A stretch of 53,870 nt of DNA from assembly GCF_001194135.2 (NCBI RefSeq), contig NC_068992.1, positions 36,813,123 through 36,866,992 of the forward strand, given 5' to 3'. Below the pieces are notes generated by a model. That model was not told the origin of the DNA. It searched no databases and saw only the letters and a list, made by a program, of their open reading frames with translations. The DNA is from Octopus bimaculoides (lineage: Eukaryota). This document shows, in pieces, positions 1 to 12,547 of the stretch (within the stretch, counting starts at the first letter, position 1; the number at the start of each line of letters is the position of its first letter). Made by a program: the position numbers and the translations under genes.

Positions 1-126
1 CGTACTGCGTTAACTTTGGATATCCTTGCTGCTTATTTTGATTTTAATCACCTGATTTTGAAATTGCATGGATGATACCATACTTAATTCTGGTGCCTAA
101 ATTTAAGTACCATATTCACCTTGAAG

Positions 127-163
<37 letters not shown>

Positions 164-167
164 AAAA

Positions 168-780
168 TAAAAAATGGAAGAAGAACGTAACGAGTAACAA
201 CAAAACATTCGGACAGTTAGACGATAGAAAAAAGGACAGGAAAAAACAAGGACGGGTCATTCGGAACTTCCTCAGTCAAGTTACAGATCATCTTAGCGGT
301 TTCGGCTGGTTACACGCGAGACTGCTCCAATCTGGCCGAGCCCAAGAAAATGTAAGCTAAGAGCACTAGATTCCTTGGAAGAAAGCAAGCGAACGTATGC
401 GAAAACAAGGATGAAAAACACGGAAAAATGGTACACAATTACAAATATGAACAGGACATTAACAATAAGTGTCATTCGACTAAGGCCGAATTAAATTAAG
501 CTGGCGTGTGTGGAAGTGAAGTCTTACGGCAGGGACATAAGAGATGAAAATCATGGGAAGGAATATAACAGATGCTACACTGATGGTATTCGAACCAATA
601 AAGAAAGGTCAGGCCTGGTGGAACACCGGTCACGTGGAAGGAGAAGAGAGAGGTAGGGCAAAAATATTGACGGATTAGGGAGGGACGAGAAAGAGAGAAA
701 ACGAAAGAAAAAGAAAGAAAAAGAAAGGAAAGGGACAGAGTGAGGTAAAAGGGGAGGGAAAGTGAGAATGAAGGGAAGGC
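168..780. repeat. Unclassified interspersed repeat, copy 1
   Basis: Shares long blocks with 5655-6145 (tttcggctggtta..gagactgctccaatct, agattccttggaagaaagca, ggcagggacataagagatga, ggtcacgtgga). A partial extra copy of its first part is at 827-930. Confidence 0.75.
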
Positions 781-1000
781 CAAGAAATGTGAGAGAGGGG
801 GAGCANNNNNNNNNNTATATATAAAGTTAAAAATGGAACAAGAAATGTAACAGGTGACAACAAAACATCCGGACAGTTAGACGATACAAAAGAGGACAGG
901 TCATTCGGAGCTTCCTGTCCTCAGTCGAGTTATATATATATATATTATTCTTTTCTTTCGAAGAAGTTACTTTTACACAATTGTTGGAAGTGCTGAGGTC

Positions 1001-1826
1001 GAACTTGAGATGCTAGACATTATATAACTTGGTTTAAGAATAGACAAAAATTTAGATAATCATGTCATAGTTATGATTTACATCAACAGCATATATATAA
1101 CATCAAATTACATCAAGACAAGGAATATATCTATATATTATTTAGAAGAGAAATAAGAGTTATATGAGGTAAAAATATACAAGAAAAACAAAAAAAAAAT
1201 AAAGGTTGATATATCGATTAAAAATCATATTAAATTCAAGTTAAAAAACCTTGAATTAAGGATTAAAAGTTGTAAGATACATTGGCAGTAGTGAGAAATC
1301 CTAATGATGGATTTAAAAGTTTAGAGGTGTTCCGAAGAAATGTTTATAAAGGGTTATAACGTCATATATGAAGCAGTTCGACGGTCGTTTCTGGCTATCA
1401 TTAGTCAACAAGGCATGAATCCTTTAGTTTCCCTTTGGCAATGTCCCCTTCATCAGGAATAAGTAAATAGATAATTAAATTTGAAGTGTAGGATGATGGG
1501 AGAATTACACTTTTAAATCAATCATTAGAATTTCTCACTACTTCCGATGTATCTTACAAATTTTAATCCTTAATTCAACGTTTTTTTTTTACCTTAAATC
1601 TAATAAGATTTTTAATCGATATATCAAATTTTATTTCTTTATCCTTTTCATGTATATTTTTACTTCCTATAACTCCTATTTCTATTCTAAATAATATATA
1701 GTTATGTTCCTTGTCTTGATGTAATTTGATCTTATATGTATTTATGTTGATGTAAATCATAACTATAGAATGATTATCTAATATTTTGTTTCTTCCTAAA
1801 CCAAGTAATATGTAGATAGTGAGTTC
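1001..1826. mobile_element. AT-rich fold-back / MITE-like element with ~320-bp diverged inverted arms
   Basis: 1001-1322 is the reverse complement of 1506-1826 (e.g. atagttatgatttacatcaaca / tgttgatgtaaatcataactat; aaattacatcaagacaaggaa / ttccttgtcttgatgtaattt), with a ~180-bp spacer. Confidence 0.75.
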
Positions 1827-1927
1827 AAAAAAGAAAAACGACAAAAAGACAACAAAAAAAAAACAAAAACAACAACGCGAGGACGTGATACAGATATTGT
1901 GTTACTAGACACTCAGGAAAGGAATGA

Positions 1928-1972
1928 AAGAGAATTTGACGTTTCGAGTGGAGCTATTCGTCGGAAATACAG
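1928..1972 (-). ncRNA. Degenerate minimal type-I hammerhead-ribozyme-like motif
   Basis: Minus strand reads gtattt-CCGACGA-atagctccactc-GAA-ACGU-C-aaat. The core has a U4>C change, stem III is the palindrome ACGU, the cleavage triplet is GUC and stem I is 4 bp. Stem II pairs poorly. Confidence 0.3.
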
Positions 1973-2427
1973 GAAAGTCCAAAGAAGGGAAGACGAAGGA
2001 AGAAAAAATCGCCAACGATATACACGAGGTTACATTGTGGAATGACTGGAAAGGAAAGGGTGGAGAAAATGTTCTTTCTAAGATAGGAGAGTGCAAGAGA
2101 GGGAAGTATGTATGTGTGCACGCGCGCGTGTCCGTGTGTGTGTGTAATAACAGCACGTGCATTTGCTCTGTGGATCGCACGTGGGTTATTTTGTGTGTGT
2201 GTGTGCGTGTATGCGCGTATGCGTGTAAGTCCATATATATGTACACACACACGCATACGCTACGCACATACATACATACATAATACATATATACATACAT
2301 ACATACATAATAATATTAATAAGTATCAACAAAAGAATGAGACCTCGATATTAGATAAACTTCGAGTAATAAATATAATGACAACTTTTTACTGTTTATT
2401 CTAAATTATAACATATAATTTTTGTGG

Positions 2428-2640
2428 CAGGGTATTGAAGAGCAGCGGGCCTTTGAACCCTAGGTTATTGCAGTACCTGGTCCTGAATTTAGATGGTGTG
2501 GATGATACCTTTTGTACAATACAAAGGCAGCAGTTCTGACGTTTGCATAACACTCAATGCGAGTTCTGGCATTTGTATAACACCTTAGAGCTGCGAAGCC
2601 GGTTGAAACTGTCGTATTGCACTAATACTAGACATTCTGT
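2428..2640 (-). mobile_element. CR1/L2-group LINE 3' fragment
   Basis: Reverse-complement homolog of 5222-5415 (aaattcaggacc..cctagggttcaaaggccc..ctcttcaat). Confidence 0.6.
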
Positions 2641-2651
2641 TACTTAGTTTG

Positions 2652-2689
<38 letters not shown>

Positions 2690-4587
2690 TATATATANNN
2701 NNNNNNNNNNNNNNNNNNNNNNNNNNNNNNNNNNNNNNNNNNNNNNNNNNNNNNNNNNNNNNNNNNNNNNNNNNNNNNNNNNNNNNNNNNNNNNNNNNNN
2801 NNNNNNNNNNNNNNNNNNNNNNNNNNNNNNNNNNNNNNNNNNNNNNNNNNNNNNNNNNNNNNNNNNNNNNNNNNNNNNNNNNNNNNNNNNNNNNNNNNNN
2901 NNNNNNNNNNNNNNNNNNNNNNNNNNNNNNNNNNNNNNNNNNNNNNNNNNNNNNNNNNNNNNNNNNNNNNNNNNNNNNNNNNNNNNNNNNNNNNNNNNNN
3001 NNNNNNNNNNNNNNNNNNNNNNNNNNNATATATATACATAATACATACATGCATACATACATACATACATACATACATACATACATGCATACATACATAC
3101 ATACATACATACATACATACATACAAAATAATGAGAAAAGTGCCCGCAGATTGTGATTTGGATCTTAGTGCTATTAACTACTAAAGATTTCCTTATCTAC
3201 TGCAGCCAAAAGTACGTCACATACCATCTCGATAATAAACAAAGGGAAGAAATTAAGATATCCACTTAATGCTTAGTAATAATAATGGCCACTATGTAAT
3301 TCACAGCATTGCAAGTCACATGGCTGTAGAAAGTTCTAACTTTAAAAATTATTCGGTCATACTAAATGATCGTATATAAACTTACTTGAGTCAATCAGCT
3401 AGAAAGCAATTTTCTGGTTGGTGTTCTGTTGTTGCTTTACATTAAAAGGACTAATGTTTTATATTTCACATTTATCCTTCAGTCGGTATGACATGAAAGC
3501 AGCTAATGAAGTTGTCATCTTTAATTATATGGTGGACATGTCAAAGAGGTTAGCGTGAAAGAGACGAACACGTACAAATTCCACAGATATACATATCCAT
3601 ATCTTAGAACTGTCACTTAGTGATATTTCATGTGTTTGAGTGTGTATGTTTGTGTGATTGTGTATGTGTGTGTATGTGTGTGTTCATGCTTATGTATATG
3701 CGTATATGCCTAAAATATAATGCACAGATGTCCTTACATGCATACATCCATACAAACATACACACACGCGCGCGCACAAATACATATATGCACGTGTATT
3801 GCATGAAATGTTTTTCTTTTAGTCATTCAGTCACGATTAAGTATTTCGATATAATGTGCTTTAATTAATACCAACTAAATCTTTATCAAGAGCTAATGAT
3901 ACAAATGATTTAACAAGTATATTACTAATTACTGGCTACTATGAATGACCTTTGGGTGAAAGTTTACCATTCACAGCACATTAATAAAAGTTGATAGAAA
4001 GCATCATAATGATATTAGTTCTATTTTTATGACGAAACACCCAGAATTATTCCCATGTGTGCCAAAGCAAAATTTGAATAGAGCTCTAACAAAATAAGCG
4101 CAGAAATTCTAGGATTGGTTTTATAAAATTTCCAAGATATAGCTGTAGGAGAAGCTCGAAGTGAGGCAGTTTTGATTTCGATCGAGTCAGTTGATTTAAT
4201 ACACTTGATATGTGTACCGTATACGAATAGCCACAAAGAGAAAATAAGGGGATAATTGTGAGTGCATATAATTTACACGCGCATTACAAATGTGAATAAA
4301 AATTAAGAACTTCGACTACATGTGAAAACAAATTCGCAGCTATGCTAGAAAGAAGAGTCAACTCCCCAAAGCCGCATATTTCTCACTATAAACATAACAC
4401 GCATGGTTAATGTAGCGAATATAAGAAAATGTACCCCTTACTTTTGCAAAAGCACAAAGCAAAGTACAGTCACCTGAGTATCAATTGAGTTCACCTTTAA
4501 TGCCAAACACTTAGGATCATCGGCTAAGCTTACTGTTTAAGCTTCCTGGACACTTTATTAATATTATTTTTGATAATAGTGATATCT

Positions 4588-4682
<95 letters not shown>

Positions 4683-5005
4683 TATTCTTTTATTCTTTTA
4701 CTACGGCCATGCTGGAGCACCGCCTTAAAGGGTGTTTTAGTCGAACAAATCGACCCCAGGCCTTATTGTTTGTAAGCCTAGTATTTATTCTATCGGTCTC
4801 CGAACCGCTAGTTACGAGGACGTAAACACACCAGCATGGTTGTCAAGCGGCGATCGAGAGACAAACACAAAACAAAGGCAACACACACACATACACAACG
4901 GGCTTCTTATAGTTTCCGCCTACCAAATCCACTCGCAAGGCCTTGGTCGATCTAAAACTATAGTAGAAGACACTTGCTCAATGTGCCACGCCATAGGACT
5001 GAATC
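4683..5005 (-). mobile_element. SINE family 1 (tRNA-type head), 5'-truncated
   Basis: Matches 12291-12705 (ttttagtcgaacaaatcgaccccagg..tgtaagcctagt..ctatagtagaagacacttgc); (TTCTTTTA)-type tail. Confidence 0.8.
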
Positions 5006-5221
5006 GCATATATATAGACATATATATATATATATTCACATATATGCATCTACATATCCATACATATANNNNNNNNNNACATATATATATTTATGTGTGT
5101 GAGACTGTATGTATGTATGTATGTATGTATGTATGTATGTATGTATGTATGTATGCATGTATGTATGCATGTATGTATGCATAAATATATATATTTATGT
5201 GTAAAATCAAAATAAATAACA

Positions 5222-5600
5222 GGATGTCAAACATTAGTGCACTACGACGTTTCAAGCGGCTCTGCGGCATTGAGGTGTTATACAAATGCCAGAACTAATA
5301 TTGAGTGTTATGAAAATGTTAGAACTGGCCACCATTGTACTGTACCAAAGGTACCATCCACTCCATCTAAATTCAGGACCAGCCTAGGGTTCAAAGGCCC
5401 ACAGCTCTTCAATGCCCAGCCACAAAAATTAACAAATCTGCATAAGGTGGAAGTAATTATCCTCTCCACAATACCGGATGAACCAACAGCTGGAACAAAG
5501 ACACACAAGAGTGCTGATGTGAAACACCCCAGACTGAGAAGATCAGAAAGAACACGGTTATATTCCACAATGACCGCAGCCGCATGGCTGACACGAATAA
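5222..5600 (+). mobile_element. CR1/L2-group LINE ORF2 C-terminal fragment
   Basis: ORF 5237-5659 contains SLGFKGPQLFNAQPQKLTNL...STIPDEP. This resembles the post-RT tail motif GPxLFNxLP...VPDxP of CR1/L2-group elements. Confidence 0.6.
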
Positions 5601-5654
5601 AAGTGTGTGTGTGTGTATATATATATAAAGGAACGCAAAACATCCAGACAGCTA

Positions 5655-6145
5655 GATGATACAAAAAGAGGGACAACAAAAGTTCCAGATTATCTTTGCA
5701 ATTTCGGCTGGTTATACTTGAGATTGCTCCAATCTAGCCTGCCCCAAAGAAAAACTAAGCTAAAAGCATTAGATTCCTTGGAAGAAAGCAGCGAATGTAT
5801 ACGAAAACAAGGACGGGAAAAAGGGGAGAAATGCAAATAACAGGCCATAACAACAGGTGTCTTTCGACTAAGGACGAATTAAATTAAACTGGCGTGTGTG
5901 AAAATGAAGCCTTATGGCAGGGACATAAGAGATGACAGGCATGGGGAGGAATATAGATGTTGCACGGATGTTGTCGAACCAAGAAAGGAAAGTCAGGCTT
6001 AGCCGAACACTGGTCACGTGGAGAGAGAGAAGAGAGGTAGAGGCAGAGGGAAAGAAGAATTAGGGACGGACGAGAAAAAAGGAAAGGGACAGAGTGAAGT
6101 GAAAGAGGGGGAAAGTGAGAATTAAGAGAAAGCCAAGAAATGTGA
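5655..6145. repeat. Unclassified interspersed repeat, copy 2 (same family as 168-780)
   Basis: Collinear, same-orientation similarity to 168-780. Confidence 0.75.
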
Positions 6146-6234
6146 AGAAGAAGAAGAAGAAGAAGAAGACCTCGATATTAGATACATAAAGGAATATTTA
6201 TATGCGTTATAACTTAGAACAAACAGTAAAAATT

Positions 6235-6297
6235 TGTCATTGTAGTACTCGGAGTTTCGAATATCGGAGCCATGCATTCTCGTCGGCTATTAATGGC
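6235..6297 (-). ncRNA. Minimal type-I hammerhead ribozyme motif (U4>C core variant)
   Basis: Minus strand: gccattaatag-CCGACGA-GAATg..tATTC-GAA-ACTC-c-GAGT-A-ctacaatgac. Stems I, II and III can all be drawn; cleavage triplet GUA. Confidence 0.5.
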
Positions 6298-6914
6298 AAC
6301 AGACGCTATGAAAAACCGTTGAATAAAAGGAAAGTAACTCTAATAGGTATCAAAAAAAGAAAAGAGATAAAAAAAATACGCACAACCATATTCTCACAAT
6401 AGATAGACATATACCTGCTTTCACAATGTGTACATACGTACACATTCACATAAACATGCATACGTACATACACATACACACACACAAACATATATGTGTA
6501 TGTACGTACTCATACATGCACACATATCCACACACATATATACACATATATACACACGCGCACACATATACTTATAAGATATATTATACATATACATATA
6601 TTCATACACCTACACATTCACACAATTAAAAAGGAAAAAGAATAAAATAAAAATGAAAGAACATATATGAAAATAAAAAATAAAAATTAATGGAAGTTAA
6701 GACATATGGGAAGCTAGTGCAGGAACATAGCCGTGATCTTAGGGGACCTAAAACCGTAACAGGTTACATGTGGACATGATCCAAAAAGTTCAGATCTTGA
6801 ATCTAGACATATGTATGTATGTATGTACGTATACATACATAGATACGTACATACATATATACACACACATACATACATGCATGCATACATACGTATATAT
6901 GTGTATATGTGTGT

Positions 6915-6965
<51 letters not shown>

Positions 6966-8454
6966 TGTGTGTGTATGGAACGTTTTTGTTTTGATTATAT
7001 GCCCAAGATTTTTAATATTGAACACCAGAAACTATTTTTACTCGCCTTTTCACCATTTCTTCACGCCATCAACCTCTAAATCCATAATAAATATCAACTG
7101 CTTCAACTAGGTCATTCTTGAATGGACCCTAATTCTACGGACTATAGAAAAGTTCATTTGAGAGTGGATAATCAATCTATCTTATGAATTTGAACCCAGT
7201 ATGGAAAGCCAATGAAACAAATGTGAATAGTTTATAGTGTTAACACTTCTGTAAGTGACCAATTTGGGGCCCGCTATATGCCATTGTATTTTGTTAGCAC
7301 AATACCACTGAAACACTGTGATACGACAAACTTTCACTGGGTATTTGTCTGTCTCAGTACTCTTATAAACGTCATTTTAGACTTTTTATAAATCTTTGAT
7401 ATTCATACTTGCCCAAGGCCATATACGGACGAAAATGTAGCCAAACATCTTCAACAATATTGAAACATCAACGCAACTTATCTAACTGGGAGGTAAGCTC
7501 TTACTAGGTGACTGTCAACAACAAAGTTTAAGAATATTAAAAATCTTTCTTTCGCTTTTCATTAAAACAGAATGAAATTAAATAGCATTTTGTTATATTA
7601 ACAGCAGATATTGAAATTATTTATTGATTTCTAGTTGAGATTAATAAGCAGATCAAACAACGTTGATTGGGTATCTTCTTAGGCATTAATCATATCGGCA
7701 ACATTATTCTGTCGATCCATATCGTTAAAATTGAGCTTTCATCTCATCTTTGTAGAAATGTCATCGACTTTACAATTATCAAATGAACATAATATAAACA
7801 ATTATCAACTGAAAATAATATATACATATACATATGAAGATATATAAAAAAATACATATTTAATGTGGCTCTAAAATAAAGTAATTCATTGAGTTATAAA
7901 CCTCGGCGAGAAAACAAATATCAGACGCATAATGGGTTGTTTTTTCGACCTCATTATGTTTGCATTTAGGTTTTGCTGCCAGAATCAAGCATGAAATCTA
8001 AATAATTTTCGTTACATATCAAAAAGTATTTGGAGAAAACCTTCTCGTGATGAAGATATGAAAATATGTGAAAAAAAATCATGTAACATATTAAAGAACA
8101 CAAACATTAATTAATTCTCTATACTATAAAAATCTGTAAAAAATTTTTTTAGATATGTAATACCACGTATAGCACAACTGACTACAACAGTAGACAATCT
8201 ACAATAATTTGATATATTTTCCATTTTTTATTTTGTATAGAATATATTGACTTGAAATATAAAATAATCTAAAAACCTAACGCAGCATCATTACATTATT
8301 CTAGTTGTCTTAATAAAAGTAGGGAAAATTTTGCGGCCTAATTCTGTGTATTGTACGTGCTCCTAATATTATTCTTTACTTAGGTCAAAAATATTTCGTA
8401 TCATACATGAAATTTGACGGTACTTCGTACATGCCTTCGTTGCATTATGAAAAG

Positions 8455-9090
8455 CATGGGTCACCAAACTACGGCGCGCGGGTCGGATCCGGTCCGCCGT
8501 CGTATCCTGAAAAAATAAACATGCTTTTATACTGCTTCTTACACTTTTTTAGATTATGCATGTCGTATGTATACTGAGTCAGTCACGTCACGCGCTATGT
8601 ATTTCACGCGCCATAATAATTACTACAGTACATCACGTGTACCATGGGCAAGTCAGTTATTAGTGATTATAATTAAAACGAGAATATCTGACGCCGAGGC
8701 CTAAGACTGCTTTTGATTTTTCTTACCCATCGTTATGGCTACTAAGAAGAGAAAGGTTGATGATGAATGTCGCATTTTCAATAAAGAATGGGGAGAAAAG
8801 CTAGTTGTCTGATATGCAACGAAAGTGTTGCTGTTATGAAAGAGTACAATATTCGTCGTCACTACGAAGCAAAACATCTCTCAACGCATTCTAAATATTC
8901 TGGCAAGTTGGGGTCCGAGAAATTTGAATCTATGAAACGTAGTTTGGAATCTCAAAGGAATTTCTTTACGAAAAAGTTTCTTGAAAATGAATCTATCACT
9001 CGTGTAAGGTACAAAATAGTGAATAAGTTGACAGAGCGAGGAAAACCATTTACTGACGGAAACTTTATAAAATAATGCATGATGGAATAT
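8455..9090 (+). mobile_element. hAT DNA transposon 5' fragment (Charlie/SPIN/GTF2IRD2-like): left TIR plus frameshifted transposase start
   Basis: Left end catgggtcaccaaactacggcgcgcgggtcggatccgg resembles hAT TIRs (CAGGGGT..CAAACT..GGCCCGCGGGCC). ATG at 8735 gives MATKKRKVDDECRIFNKEW, then a frameshift into CLICNESVAVMKEYNIRRHYEAKH (BED-type zinc finger). No right TIR was seen. Confidence 0.85.
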
Positions 9091-9152
9091 ACCCTTAAAT
9101 CGAATATACCCTTAAATCCACAAACACACACACACACACATACATATATAGA

Positions 9153-9312
9153 AGCAGGCGTGGCTGTTTGGTAAGAAGTTTGTTTCCCAACCACATGGTT
9201 CCAGGTTCAGTCCTACTGCGTGGCACGTTTGGCAAGTGTCTTCTACTATAGTTTCGGGCCGACCAAAGCTTTTGTGAGTGTATTTGGTAGACGGAAACTG
9301 AAAGAGGCCGTC
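9153..9312 (+). mobile_element. SINE family 1, 5' half
   Basis: ggcgtggctgtttggtaagaagttt..ggttccaggttcagtcc (A/B-box-like head) followed by the family body. Confidence 0.8.
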
Positions 9313-9351
9313 TTATATAAATATATATAAATATATACATATATTTATATA

Positions 9352-9474
9352 AAACGGCCTCTTTGGTCAGCCCGAAACTATAGTAGAAGGTACTTGCCCA
9401 ATGTGCCACACAATGGGACTGAACCTGGAACCATGTGGTTGAGAAACAAGCTTCTTACCAAACAGCCATGCTTG
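9352..9474 (-). mobile_element. SINE family 1, 5' half, inverted relative to 9153-9312
   Basis: Reverse complement of the preceding copy (ctatagtagaagg, gaacctggaaccatgtggttg, cttcttaccaaacagccatgc). Confidence 0.8.
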
Positions 9475-9657
9475 TGTCTATATATGTATGTATGTATAGA
9501 GAGAGAGAGAGAGAGAGAGAAAGAAAGAAAGAGAGAGAGAAATGAAAAAAAACAGAAAATTTGTTTTACAGGATTTAAGAGTATATTCGAGCCATGGCAA
9601 TAAAGATGTTTTTTTACAAAATAAGATTTTGTTCTTTCAACATAATTGAAGTAAGGA

Positions 9658-11592
9658 CCGATTTCGCATTGTTCATCGAACTGAGAGTTGAAAGAGATAA
9701 ATTGCTAGGGAGTGGGGAAATATTGATAGGAGAGAAAATTTTTCACTCATCTATTTTGCAGTAAAGGAGAGCTAAATCTGTAATTTTTATTTTTGCTTGT
9801 TGTTTTTTTTTTGTGTTCTCTACTTTATTCTGGCTTATATCTTCCATGATGGAGTAAGTCTTATTTTTAATATGGGTTCATATTTAATTCTGGTTTATAT
9901 TTTTTGATAAATGAGGCTCCATCATTCAGTCTTACTCGTGTGGAGGTCCAGAAGGCAAGTTGATAAAATGGAAAAATTACGAATTGTGGCTGTAATCGTT
10001 CTGCACATTTGTCAATGTGTTGACTGAGATATATTTGGCGATATTGTGAGGAGGAAATTTGTTGTTTGTGGACCGTACATCTTTCAGATTGAATTTCCTG
10101 TTGAGCCAATATAGTTTCGATGGCAGCCCGAGTATCTGATTACGTAAATAAGGTTTTGGGAGGCGCGAGTGAAGTTAGATTTGATTTTGAATATATATCC
10201 TTGTCTGAAATGGAATTACGATTTCGTTCGTTTATCGAACTCGTCAAGACAAAATCTAAATTATAAAAACAGAACGTTTCGTTGTTCATTTATATGAATC
10301 GGATGTTTGTTTTTTTTTTTTGCTTTGTTTAGAAGAGGAGAAAAATATTTTTTTGTGCTTTTGTTCTTTTTACTACTTTATTCTATTTTTTATAGTAGTG
10401 ATGATGGATGAAGAGAAAACATTTGTATTACACTGTTACTGTTATTTCTGAATGTGGCTGCAATGTCAATAATGTGATACTCATTTCTATAAACGGTCAA
10501 ATATATATATAACATTGGGACTTTGACAACTGTTGTTTTATAGAAAGAATATTAGAACCTTATTACCACTGATTAGGAAAGATATCTAGTGTAACTACAT
10601 AACAAAGTAATTCGTGAAAAAGATCACTTTTGAATTATCTTATCCAAGCAAACAAGAAAAAGAAAAAAAAATCCTGTAAAACGGTGAAAGATACTCAAAA
10701 GTATATTTAAGCAAGTTCTTCTTTGTTATATAATCTATATACTACAGAGTAGCTTCCAGCTAAATATACAATACACATGTTATTACAAAACTCATTTATG
10801 ACGTTTCATTAAATGTACATAGAGAATAGATTGAATTATAAACAGTACCGATCTCAAATTAATTTTTATATTCTGACTTTATTCACCTAATTTAGGAAAA
10901 TTTAATGTTCGTTCGTGCAGGAATAACACAGAATATGGGATTAGACTATACAAGTGTAAAGGAATATACATTTTCATAGAACTTTGAATTCTTTTTTATC
11001 TTTCAGTGATGACCGCACTTGCCCCTCTTTCCTTATCTTTCCCATCCTACTTCCTAAAATTGATATCTTGAAAGGTTACTTAGCTCTTGTGAGAAAATGT
11101 ATCTATTTACAAATATGTTGATAGGTATACAATGAGAAGGGAAAGAAGAGGAAGATAAAAGGAGAAGAAAAGAAAAAAGAAAAATGCTTTATAGTGAAAT
11201 TTCAATGGGTTAACCACATCAAATTGNNNNNNNNNNNNNNNNNNNNNNNNNNNNNNNNNNNNNNNNNNNNNNNNNNNNNNNNNNNNNNNNNNNCGATGTG
11301 ACTATCTATCTATCTATGCTTTCTCCATCCTTTACTTTTTTCCTCTTTCTTGATTATCCTGAAACCTCTCTCTCTGTTTTTCTCCTCTCTCTCTGTTTTT
11401 CTCCTCTCTCTCTGTTTTTCTCCTATCTCTCTCTCTCTCTCTCTTTGCTTTTCTTTCTCTCTTCCCCACTTTTTATAAAAAAAAAAGGATTTTCCTCAAA
11501 GCAAGAAAACATCTGATTCATATAAATGAACAACGAAACGTTCTGTTTTTATCAATTTGATTTTGTTTTCACAAGTTCGATAAACGAAAGCG
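9658..11592 (-). mobile_element. Penelope-like element (PLE) remnant with direct and inverted pseudo-LTR-like repeats
   Basis: A GIY-YIG fragment at 9870-10200 is flanked by degenerate direct repeats (9658-9860 and 10215-10410). An inverted copy lies at 11490-11592 (reverse complement of 10222-10325). Confidence 0.65.
9870..10200 (-). pseudogene. PLE GIY-YIG endonuclease fragment (stop/frameshift)
   Basis: Minus strand translates GYIFKIKSNFTRASQNLIYVIRYSGCHRNYIGSTGNSI*, then shifts to ERCTVHKQQISSSQYRQIYLSQHIDKCA...FIKKYKPELN. This is the (N)LIY..YIG.T..R..H pattern and KPxLN end of PLE endonucleases. Confidence 0.8.
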
Positions 11593-11724
11593 CTAATAAA
11601 GAATTATCCACAATTCTGACTGCCTCCTTTTTCTCAACATACAATATCTGAACACCACTTCAAACACTCTATACATATAGATATGTATATACGCAAATAC
11701 ATATGCATACATATATATATATAT

Positions 11725-11784
<60 letters not shown>

Positions 11785-11794
11785 ACATTTGTGT

Positions 11795-12288
11795 GTTGAC
11801 AGTAGCATTAGAGCATTTTAGCTCTTATTTATGGCAATGTATGTGTTTCTAACACCCCAGTCACATTTAGTGACAATCATAATTTTCGTTTTGGGTGAAA
11901 CATTGCAAAATGCCGTTTATATTAATTTTATGTGTACATATTAGCGAATCGCTAGTTAGTCCGTTGGTTTAGATGACGAAAACCTATATATACTAATAGG
12001 GAAGCGAGTCTGAAAAGAACCGAAGTTCGAGTCAGTCCCAACTGATGAGGCAACAAAAATTGCTGAAACTGACGTCAGTATAAGGAATTATCGATCGGCA
12101 TTTTTTGGCCGATTAAGGTCCCTGTTAGTACATATCTTTGCATTCATGTACGTTGACTACAGCCCTAGAGCATTTTAGCTCTCATTTCATGTAATGTAGG
12201 CGTTTCTAAAACACTAGTCACATTTAGTGTCAATTATAATTTTCCTTTTTGGTGAAACATTGCAAACTGCTCTTTATATTAATTTTAT
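11795..12288 (+). repeat. ~137-bp direct repeat with a 357-bp period, enclosing a hammerhead motif
   Basis: 11795-11931 vs 12152-12288 (tagagcattttagctct, agtcacatttagtg, ggtgaaacattgcaaa, tttatattaattttat). Confidence 0.8.
12034..12088 (+). ncRNA. Minimal type-I hammerhead ribozyme motif
   Basis: CTGATGA (12042-48), stem II GGCAA/TTGCT, GAA (12065-67), palindromic stem III ACTGACGTCAGT, A12080 (GUA cleavage site). Stem I (agtcccaa/taaggaat) has mismatches. Confidence 0.65.
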
Positions 12289-12290
12289 AT

Positions 12291-12515
12291 ATTCTTTTAT
12301 TCTTTCACTTGTTTCAGTCATTTGACTACGGCCCTGCTGAAGCACAGCCTTTAGTCGAACAAATCGACCCCAGGACTCATTCCTTGTAAGCCTAGTGCTT
12401 ATTCTATCGATTTCTTTTGACGAACCACTAGATTACGGGGACGTAAGTACACCACCATCAGCTGTCAAATGATGGGGGGGGAGGAATAAACACAGACATA
12501 CAAAAATACACATAC

Positions 12516-12547
<32 letters not shown>

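Noticed and set aside
240-930. Hammerhead-like CTGAGGA..GGA/TCC..GAAT on the minus strand of the repeat family
   Set aside because: It lacks the conserved A15.1-U16.1 pair and a stem I.
1411-1465. CTGATGA..GAAAC on the minus strand in the fold-back spacer
   Set aside because: Stem II does not pair and there is no GUH site.
7381-7498. Possible exon ending at AG|GTAAGC
   Set aside because: No clean acceptor with an open frame.
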